Of a DNA stretch of 64,000 nt, positions 38,341 to 45,641 are shown in pieces. The translations under genes and the position numbers were made by a program. The notes beneath the pieces were generated by a model. That model was given only the letters and a program-made list of their open reading frames with translations, had not been told where the DNA came from and searched no databases. The stretch is taken from positions 29,227 to 93,226 of the forward strand of contig JAHBVG010000006.1 in assembly GCA_019637695.1 (NCBI GenBank), written 5' to 3'. Source of the stretch: Caldilineaceae bacterium. Lineage in GTDB: Bacteria > Chloroflexota > Anaerolineae > Caldilineales > Caldilineaceae. How positions within the stretch are numbered: the first letter of the stretch is position 1; the number at the start of each line of letters is the position of its first letter.

Positions 38341-39550
38341 TCCCCAGATTTCCGTCATCATCCCACTTTGGAATGGTCGCTCTTACATTGACGCCTGTCT
38401 GGGGGCGCTCTTCGCCGCCGTTGAGCGCTGTGAAGGACCGGTTGAGATTCTCGTGGTGGACAATGGATCGACCGACGATTCGGCGCTACGGGCGGAGGCG
38501 CACTTCCCCACTGTTTGTGTGATCCACAATGGCTGCAACCTGGGGTTTGCTGCGGGCTGCAATGTAGGGATGCGTGCGGCTCACGGCGAGACGCTGGTGC
38601 TGCTCAATCAGGATACTGAGGTAAGCCCAGCCTGGCTTTCCACCCTGGCCGCGACTGTGGACGAAAGGAGCGTTGTCGGTTCACTGGCTTTTTTGGCCGA
38701 CGGGCAGACGATCCAACATGCCGGCGGGCGCGTCGAATGGCCGCTGGGCATCGCTCATCACCTGGGTTATGGCGAGCCGCTGACAGAAAAATGGCAACGA
38801 CCCGCCGAGGTGGACTTTGTCACAGCGGCAGCGATGGCCTTCCCACGCCGGCTTTTGGACGACATCGGTCTTTTCGATGAACGCTTCTGGCCAGGGTACT
38901 ATGAGGACACAGATTTTTGTTACCGGGCCAGGGAGGTTGGCTACAGCATCCGTTACCAACCTGACGCGATACTGATTCACCAAGAACATTCTTCCTTTCG
39001 GAATCGTTTGTTTACTCAGTGGGCGCGGTTGCGTGGACGGTTGCGCTTTTGCTTGAAGCATCAGACGCCCGCTTTTTTTCTCGATCATTTTTTGCCCACC
39101 GAAGAAATCCACTTAGAGTCTGTCCTGAGTGGGGATGTAGGCGCGACGGTGGCTGTGGCTTACCTGGAGGCGATCCCCATGCTGGTGGATCTCTGGCAAA
39201 CGCGTGCAACTCCTGAACAGATCCGGCAAGCCGCATTGCAACTTGAACAGTTTTACGCGCCGCAACCTTTCTATGTGCCTGTGGATAAGTCTGGGGATAA
39301 CCCAATCTCAGGTGGTGATAACCTTAAGCCTACTCAACTGCCTGATCCTATCCTGACGCCCTCTCCCATAGAGCGGTTGCCTATTCTAGGACCGGTGTGG
39401 AGACGCTTGCGGCAGAGCTTACATCAACTGGTGATCTTCTACGTTGCACAGCGCCAAAACCAGCAAGAAGGGATGCGGCAACAGCAAGCAGAAGAGATTG
39501 AACGATTGAAAGCCGAGCTGGCGCAGTTTAAAGAACGATCTTCCGAGTAA
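38333..39550 (+). CDS. GT2 glycosyltransferase (rhamnosyltransferase-like) with a C-terminal coiled-coil tail
   Basis: 'ISVIIPLWNGRSYIDACL', 'ILVVDNGSTDDS', 'LLNQDTEVSPAWL', 'YYEDTDFCYRA'. Tail: 'LPILGPVWRRLRQSLHQLVIFYVAQRQNQQ...AEEIERLKAELAQFK'. Confidence 0.8.
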   Translation: MADPQISVIIPLWNGRSYIDACLGALFAAVERCEGPVEILVVDNGSTDDSALRAEAHFPTVCVIHNGCNLGFAAGCNVGMRAAHGETLVLLNQDTEVSPAWLSTLAATVDERSVVGSLAFLADGQTIQHAGGRVEWPLGIAHHLGYGEPLTEKWQRPAEVDFVTAAAMAFPRRLLDDIGLFDERFWPGYYEDTDFCYRAREVGYSIRYQPDAILIHQEHSSFRNRLFTQWARLRGRLRFCLKHQTPAFFLDHFLPTEEIHLESVLSGDVGATVAVAYLEAIPMLVDLWQTRATPEQIRQAALQLEQFYAPQPFYVPVDKSGDNPISGGDNLKPTQLPDPILTPSPIERLPILGPVWRRLRQSLHQLVIFYVAQRQNQQEGMRQQQAEEIERLKAELAQFKERSSE

Positions 39551-39584
39551 AGATCTTGTACAATTATCAATTGAGTCCGAATCT

Positions 39585-40958
39585 ATGCGAATTCTATTCG
39601 TTATCCCTGCTTACACTCCCTTTGTGGGCGGCGCTCAGACATTTGTGCGCGCCATGGCCTGTCGCCTCATTGAGGATGGTCATACAGTGACAGTGCTTAC
39701 CACAACCGCTCAATGCGCGGACGACTACTGGCGTCCGTCATGCAGGGAACCATTGCCATTACACGAGCGGATCGACGGTGTAGATCTGGTGCGGTTACCC
39801 ATCCGCTATCCCTGGCCTGCGCCCTATCACTTTGGTCTGTTGCGGCGGGCCGGGCACTGGTTACAGCGTAGCGCCCTGCCCGATCCAATCCAGCAGCCAC
39901 TCTTAGGCTATTTCGCTCGTTCTATGCCGCCTTTGATCGATCTACAATCGACAACAGAGCGTCTTGTGGCTGAAGCCGATCTGGTACACGCCATCGACGC
40001 CACCTGGGATGGTCCTTTCACGGCGGCGAGTGGGGCGGCGCACAGCGCAGGGAAACCCTTTGTGGCGATGCCGCTTATCCACACGGGCAGCGCTCACATC
40101 CTGGCCCATGCCACCATGTCTCACCAGCGGACGGTCTACTACCAGGCGGAGGCTGTGATTGCGTTGACCGCTCGTGAAAAAGATCTGTTAGCAGAGCAGG
40201 GCGTTGCCAGGGATCAGATCCACGTCCTCTCGATGGGGGTCGAGCGAGAAGATGGCGGAGAGATCCCAACGCTCTCGGCCCGGTGGCGGCAACAAACCGG
40301 GGTGCGCGATCCGTTTGTCCTCTTTTTGGGGGCGGCGACCTATGACAAAGGAGCCTTCACGCTGGCGCGTACAGTGGTGGATCTACACCATCGGGGGATC
40401 GAGATTGGGGTGGTCTGCGCCGGTCCCCAACAGCAGCAATTGCAGCGCTTCATCGACACACAACCCGATCCCGACCGGCGACTGCTCACGGAACGGGTCC
40501 GCCTGCTGGGGATTGTGGATAAGCTGACCAAACGTTCGCTCCTTTCCGCATGTGTAGCCCTGGCGCTGCCCAGCCGCGTCGATTCCTTTGGGATCGTTTT
40601 ATTGGAAGCGTGGACGCATGGCAAGCCGGTTGTGGCCGCGGCTGAAGGTGGATTAAGTGAGATCGTCGCGCAGGATGAGACAGGTCTGCTTGTCCCTTTC
40701 GACGATGTGTCATCCCTGAGCGCTGCCATCACCTGCCTGCTCCAAAATCCGGTGCTGGCAAAGCGGTTGGGCGAAGAGGGACGTGACCGTGTGCGCTCTC
40801 GCTATACCTGGGATCATACTTATGCAGCCTTATCACATCTTTACACACAAATCGACCGTCCAGGATTCATCCACGCTGTCGAATCTTCAACCGCCAACGG
40901 CCTATCACCCGCCACGGCTCCCCTCAGCGGATGGAAAAGAGACGGTCGTCGTGGATAG
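39585..40958 (+). CDS. glycosyltransferase family 4
   Basis: 'MRILFVIPAYTPFVGGAQTF' ... 'LPSRVDSFGIVLLEAWTHGKPVVAAAEGGLSEIV'. Confidence 0.85.
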   Translation: MRILFVIPAYTPFVGGAQTFVRAMACRLIEDGHTVTVLTTTAQCADDYWRPSCREPLPLHERIDGVDLVRLPIRYPWPAPYHFGLLRRAGHWLQRSALPDPIQQPLLGYFARSMPPLIDLQSTTERLVAEADLVHAIDATWDGPFTAASGAAHSAGKPFVAMPLIHTGSAHILAHATMSHQRTVYYQAEAVIALTAREKDLLAEQGVARDQIHVLSMGVEREDGGEIPTLSARWRQQTGVRDPFVLFLGAATYDKGAFTLARTVVDLHHRGIEIGVVCAGPQQQQLQRFIDTQPDPDRRLLTERVRLLGIVDKLTKRSLLSACVALALPSRVDSFGIVLLEAWTHGKPVVAAAEGGLSEIVAQDETGLLVPFDDVSSLSAAITCLLQNPVLAKRLGEEGRDRVRSRYTWDHTYAALSHLYTQIDRPGFIHAVESSTANGLSPATAPLSGWKRDGRRG

Positions 40959-42309
40959 AAACGGCTATAACCTTGCCCCCAATCGGCGCGCCTTTGCGGA
41001 TAGATCCCACCCTCGGCGGATAGCGCCTGCGCCACAAACGCTCAGGCGGATCGCCTTTGTTGTGCATAAATTTCCGCCCGAAAGTCTAGGCGGTACGGAA
41101 CTCTACTGCTGGAGTCTGGCGCGCACATTGGCCCAGGCCGGACACGAGATCCACATTTTCTACCCCACGCCCCAACTGCTCCCCGGTGAGGAAAAGGTCG
41201 AGCGCGAAGGGGTTCATCTCTGGCGTGTGCCCTTGCCCGATAGCCGCCTTTACGAGAATCCGGTCAGCCAGTATTGGCATACCTTCCGCGATCTGAGCAT
41301 GGAGGCTGCGTTCCAACGCTTTTTGGCCGAAGTGGATCCGCAACTTGTCCATTTTCAGCATGTGCAAGGCGTTTCGGCGCGGTTGATCGAACTGGCTGCC
41401 CCGCGCACGCACATTGTGACCTTGCACGATTATTGGTTTTTTTGCGCCAACAGCCAGTTGATCCGCCCGGATCACCGCCCCTGTGATGGACCTTCGGCGG
41501 GCTGCCGCAATTGTGTAGACTGCGCGACTGAGCGCGCCGATCTCCAGTGGATGAAATCATTACGGCCTTTGGTCGCGCTCCCCTTTGCATATCGAAATCA
41601 TTATCTGCGCAAGTTGGCCGACGAAGTGGATCTCTTTATTGCCCCCAGTGATTTTCTGCGCGACCAATACATCCGCCACGGCTTCCCAGCGGATCGCATT
41701 GTCGTCATCGAAAATGGGTTGGATGAGAGCAAACTTACCCTTTCGGCGTTGCCGCCATTGCCCGAACCATCGGCGCGTCCTCATTTTGGATTTTTAGGAT
41801 CGCTGGCCTGGCAAAAAGGCGTCCACATTTTGATCGAAGCCTTCAATCAGGTAGACGAAGATGCTTCTCTGACCATCTATGGCAGTGAGCGGCTCTTCCC
41901 CGATTATGTGGCGCAACTCAAGGCGCTGGCGCGGCATCCGCATATTCGTTTTGCCGGTCTCTTGCCGCCGCAACAGGTGGGGGCAGCGCTCCGCCAGATG
42001 GACTGTCTGGTGGTCCCCTCGCTCTGGTACGAAAATTCTCCCCTCGTCATCCAGGAAGCCTACGGCGTCGGCGTGCCTGTGGTAGCCAGCCGTCTGGGCG
42101 CCATGCCCGAAAAGGTGCAGGATGGCCGCGCCGGTCGCCTCTTTGAGGCGGGGAACGTAGCCGATTTGACCGGCGTTCTGCGCGATCTCGTGGCCCATCC
42201 TCACGCCCTGGCCCAAATGGCTGAACAGATTGTTCCTGCGCCCGGTATGGCCGAACACGCGGATCACCTGCTTTCAATCTATGAAGGGCTGATCGAGGGC
42301 AGAAAGTAA
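40951..42309 (+). CDS. glycosyltransferase family 4 with a 4-Cys insertion (paralogue of 33112..34386)
   Basis: 'IAFVVHKFPPESLGGTELYC', 'YWFFCANSQL...CDGPSAGCRNCVDC', 'VVPSLWYENSPLVIQEAYGVGVPVVAS'. The start is uncertain. The GTG at 40951 overlaps the upstream stop; the ORF opens at 40783 inside the previous gene. Confidence 0.8.
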   Translation: MDRNGYNLAPNRRAFADRSHPRRIAPAPQTLRRIAFVVHKFPPESLGGTELYCWSLARTLAQAGHEIHIFYPTPQLLPGEEKVEREGVHLWRVPLPDSRLYENPVSQYWHTFRDLSMEAAFQRFLAEVDPQLVHFQHVQGVSARLIELAAPRTHIVTLHDYWFFCANSQLIRPDHRPCDGPSAGCRNCVDCATERADLQWMKSLRPLVALPFAYRNHYLRKLADEVDLFIAPSDFLRDQYIRHGFPADRIVVIENGLDESKLTLSALPPLPEPSARPHFGFLGSLAWQKGVHILIEAFNQVDEDASLTIYGSERLFPDYVAQLKALARHPHIRFAGLLPPQQVGAALRQMDCLVVPSLWYENSPLVIQEAYGVGVPVVASRLGAMPEKVQDGRAGRLFEAGNVADLTGVLRDLVAHPHALAQMAEQIVPAPGMAEHADHLLSIYEGLIEGRK

Positions 42310-42499
42310 AGGCAAAAGTGGTGGGGGAGTTGCAGGTTTGTAAGTGGCAACCTACGCTTGTTCACGCGCTATGCACTACTCATTACGAATCCCGCACGCA
42401 CTACAACTCGCCCCTCGCAACTCGCAACTCGCTCCCCCTGTTTTGCGCTTTCCCCCTTCCTTGATATGATAGGGCAGTTTGCGCTGCCTGAAATGAGCC

Positions 42500-42898
42500 T
42501 TGACTTCCAGTGAGAGGAAGGATTCATTGCCAGATATTTTAGTAACGATCGGTACCGTTCTCTTGCTGATCATCGGCATCATCTACCCATTGATTGCGAT
42601 GGTCGCCATGGTGCGACGGATGAACCATCCGACGCTGCCGCGGCTGGGTTCGACAGCGATCATGGTGCGACTTTTCCTGATTGCGACAGTGCCGCTGGCG
42701 GGCATCCTTGGTGGTTTTGCCGGACTGCTGCCCGCCGTCTGGGAGAGTTTTGTGCTGCGCATGTTGATCATAGTAACGGCGGTGGCCTCACTGGCAGGCT
42801 TTATCGTCCTCGCCTTCCTCGCCCGCCAGGAGCGCCGGAGGCCGTCCACAGGCTCGGCGCCCCAGACCGACGAGACCAGGAAGGCCAATCAATTGTAA
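42500..42898 (+). CDS. small hypothetical membrane protein
   Basis: Four hydrophobic segments and a basic C-terminal tail. Non-ATG start: TTG at 42500, or TTG at 42527 after a gagaggaagga RBS-like run. Confidence 0.4.
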   Translation: MTSSERKDSLPDILVTIGTVLLLIIGIIYPLIAMVAMVRRMNHPTLPRLGSTAIMVRLFLIATVPLAGILGGFAGLLPAVWESFVLRMLIIVTAVASLAGFIVLAFLARQERRRPSTGSAPQTDETRKANQL

Positions 42899-42967
42899 AT
42901 GCGTGGTGGTCTAGAATCAGGATGCGTTGCACACTCGATAGTTGCTGGATAGTTCCTGAGGAAATCG

Positions 42968-43396
42968 ATGATGAGATCTGAGCAACACCTTTATGTTGCC
43001 CGCCGCGCTTACACCGTGTTCACATTCGTGGGGCTGTCGATCACATTGCTCCTTGTGTGGACGCTGATTCAGGCATTCGACTGGGTCACGCTCATCTTCC
43101 TCTCGTTTGCGGCCTTATTTGCCATGATCAACCTGCGATGGATGTTTACACGAGCCGAGTTGACACCTTCTGGCCTCACACTTTACGAACCGCTGATCCC
43201 ACCAACGCACGTTGATTTCCGCCAGATGGTCGTCGTCTACGAAGCCGGGCGCGCCATCGCTGGGATCAGCCTGGTCTACTATCCATTGGCCGGGAATGGG
43301 CTTGTCAACATGGATGATCCGCGCACGCTCTATTTGCCAGCCATGCAAAATCAAGAAGAACTACTATCCATTCTGGATCGCGAAATTCCTGAGTAA
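42968..43396 (+). CDS. small hypothetical membrane protein (two TM segments plus a soluble domain of about 70 aa)
   Basis: ORF with an ATG start and two clear hydrophobic helices. No recognisable motif. Confidence 0.4.
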   Translation: MMRSEQHLYVARRAYTVFTFVGLSITLLLVWTLIQAFDWVTLIFLSFAALFAMINLRWMFTRAELTPSGLTLYEPLIPPTHVDFRQMVVVYEAGRAIAGISLVYYPLAGNGLVNMDDPRTLYLPAMQNQEELLSILDREIPE

Positions 43397-43406
43397 TGGT
43401 ATAGAA

Positions 43407-44342
43407 ATGCGAATCAATGCTATGGTCAAGGATCAGCTTGTCGTCCGCAGGGTCTACGCATCTGAAAGCCGACAGATGGTGGAACTGTTGCACCCCTGGC
43501 TGGCGCGCGCGCCCTACAGCAGCGCAATGGACAACATTGAAGTACTTGATCAATGTTTTCAGCCAGCGCCAACGTCGATCTATGAAACGCGCTGGCTCCA
43601 ACACGATATCCTCGGCGCGTGGGATGGCGAAACCTTGCTGGGTTTCATCGACGTGGGGACGGGCTATGATCAGGCTTCCCTACATTTAGATGGCGAACGC
43701 CCCCTCGGATTATTGCGCTTCCTGGCCGTGCCAGAAGAGTATTTCGTCGCCAATCGGGTGGCAAAGACACTGCTGGCCGCCGCTGATACCTTCTGGGCAG
43801 AGGCGAATGTACGCCGAATCCGCGCTTTTACGCCCACCACGGGCTATCCTGCCTTTCAATCTGGGTGTGGGATCTTACCAGGCGTGTGGGAAGAACAGCT
43901 AAGCTGGCTTTCAGAAGCGGGTTACCGATTGGTGGAACGTTACTATTGTCTGCATTATCCGCTACAACGGCTGGTGGCCGAGACATTGCCCGAAGGAATC
44001 TATACATTTCGCCCGCAGGGATTGGATACAGAAAGCACCTATCAACTCTTTGTTGAGGATACACGGGTAGCCATGGCGCGCCTGTTCAAACGCCAGGTCA
44101 TCCACCCCGCTGGCGTGAACCCTATCGCCTATCTGAGCCACTTCGAGGTTTCACCCAAATGGCGGCGCAAGGGACTCGGAAGCTGGCTGATTCGTCGTCT
44201 CCTCAACGACGCCTACCTGACAGGCTGCTGCCAACTGGTGGTCCACGTCAACCACTCTGCCCACACTGCTATCTCTCTCTTCTCGCATGTTGGCTTCGAG
44301 GATATTAACTACCGCGGTTATATGCTTGAGAAACGTCTCTAA
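43407..44342 (+). CDS. GNAT-family N-acetyltransferase
   Basis: ATG at 43407; the ORF opens at 43212 inside the previous gene. The acetyl-CoA binding motif is 'FEVSPKWRRKGLGSWLIRRLL', followed by '...AISLFSHVGFE'. Confidence 0.65.
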   Translation: MRINAMVKDQLVVRRVYASESRQMVELLHPWLARAPYSSAMDNIEVLDQCFQPAPTSIYETRWLQHDILGAWDGETLLGFIDVGTGYDQASLHLDGERPLGLLRFLAVPEEYFVANRVAKTLLAAADTFWAEANVRRIRAFTPTTGYPAFQSGCGILPGVWEEQLSWLSEAGYRLVERYYCLHYPLQRLVAETLPEGIYTFRPQGLDTESTYQLFVEDTRVAMARLFKRQVIHPAGVNPIAYLSHFEVSPKWRRKGLGSWLIRRLLNDAYLTGCCQLVVHVNHSAHTAISLFSHVGFEDINYRGYMLEKRL

Positions 44343-45562
44343 TGCACATCCTTTTCGTCACCGGGGAATATCCACCCATGCGCGGCGGCGTGGGCGCATA
44401 TACAGCCGAATTAGGACGCGCCTTGCTGCCTCTGGGTGTCAAGGTCTCTGTTATTACCGCCCTGGGGATGAATCCCACCCTGGGGATGAATCCCCAGGCT
44501 ACGATAAATCCCGCCCTGGGGATGAATCCCCAGGCTAAAGCAGATTCATCAATTTATCCCCAAAGTTATCCCCAGATTCGCCATTGGGGATGGTCAACTG
44601 TGGGGGAAATTGCCCGGTTTGCCCGTCAACAGGGAGCGGATTGGCTCCATGTCCAATACCAGACGGCGGCGTTTCAGATGCACCCGGCCATTAATTTTGC
44701 GCCCTACCTCTGGCGACGATGGGGATTGCACACAGCATGGACCTATCACGATCTGCTTGTTCCGTATCTCTTCCCGAAGGCCGGGCGTTTTCTGCGCCGC
44801 TGGATCACAGAACGGCCGGCCTTTGACGCCACCTTTACCACGGTGACCAATGAAGCCGATTTCCGGCAACTGGCCGGTCGCGTGGATCGTCTCTTCAAAA
44901 TCCCCATTGGCAGCAACATTGAAGGGCGGACGCTTTCCTCCGATCAACGGCAGAAGCGGCGACGACAAAGAGGATATACGGATGACTCGTTGGTCATCGG
45001 CTATTTTGGATTCCTCAACCGCAGCAAAGGCGGCCTGACCCTGGTGAATACGCTGGATCTGCTTGTGCGCGCCGGGCGCAACGCTTATCTGCTTATGATC
45101 GGGGAACGGGTCGGGGCCAGCGATCCAACCAACTATGGTTATTTACAAGAGGTGGAAGGGCGCATCGCCGCTTTGGGGTTGGCAGATCGCGTCCAATGGA
45201 CCGGCCACCAATCGGACGCCGAGATTGGGGTGGATCTCAATGCGGCCGACATCCTTTTTATGCCTTATGTGGATGGGGTGAGCCTGCGCCGCGGCACGCT
45301 AATGGCCGGGTTGGTCAACGGCTGTGCAATTGTCACCACTGCGCCTCGAGATCCACTGCCAGAGTTGGTGGATGGCCGAGAGCTGCTCACTGTACCGCCC
45401 GAAGACGCCACGGCTGGCGCGGCTGCCATCCTGCGCATTGCCGACGACCCGGCGTTGGCGCAACGGTTACGCAGCAACGCTCGCCACGCCAGTGGACAAT
45501 TCGCCTGGTCTACAATTGCCGCCCAGCACCAGCATCTTTATACGCGCTTCGCCGATATCTAA
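44342..45562 (+). CDS. glycosyltransferase family 4 carrying an in-frame repeat insertion
   Basis: 'MHILFVTGEYPPMRGGVGAYT' ... 'GTLMAGLVNGCAIVTT'. About 40 aa of low-complexity 'ALGMNPTLGMNPQATINPALGMNPQAKADSSIYPQSYPQ' sit in the N-terminal domain. Confidence 0.8.
   Translation: MHILFVTGEYPPMRGGVGAYTAELGRALLPLGVKVSVITALGMNPTLGMNPQATINPALGMNPQAKADSSIYPQSYPQIRHWGWSTVGEIARFARQQGADWLHVQYQTAAFQMHPAINFAPYLWRRWGLHTAWTYHDLLVPYLFPKAGRFLRRWITERPAFDATFTTVTNEADFRQLAGRVDRLFKIPIGSNIEGRTLSSDQRQKRRRQRGYTDDSLVIGYFGFLNRSKGGLTLVNTLDLLVRAGRNAYLLMIGERVGASDPTNYGYLQEVEGRIAALGLADRVQWTGHQSDAEIGVDLNAADILFMPYVDGVSLRRGTLMAGLVNGCAIVTTAPRDPLPELVDGRELLTVPPEDATAGAAAILRIADDPALAQRLRSNARHASGQFAWSTIAAQHQHLYTRFADI
44460..44536 (+). 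repeat. three copies of CCCTGGGGATGAATCCC within a CDS (two extend to a 23-mer, CCCTGGGGATGAATCCCCAGGCT)
   Basis: Copies at 44460-44476, 44478-44500 and 44514-44536, read directly. Confidence 0.85.
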
Positions 45563-45574
45563 ATACACTTACCC

Positions 45575-45609
45575 ATGCTCTAGCCAGGTCACGGACCCGC
45601 CTAGAGCAT
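45575..45609. terminator. hairpin between convergent genes (ATGCTCTAG / CTAGAGCAT, 17-nt loop)
   Basis: 9-bp perfect arms at 45575-45583 and 45601-45609. The loop contains GGTCACGGACCC. There is no clear U-tract, so terminator function is inferred from position only. Confidence 0.45.
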
Positions 45610-45641
45610 AGGGCTTGGTAGTTACTCGCGTTAGCAAAAGT

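Noticed and set aside
40075-40522. Two perfect DnaA-box 9-mers: TTATCCACA at 40075-40083 and TGTGGATAA at 40514-40522, in inverted orientation
   Set aside because: Both lie inside a GC-rich GT4 coding sequence with no AT-rich unwinding element or additional boxes. About 0.5 perfect boxes are expected by chance in 64 kb, so a replication origin is not supported.
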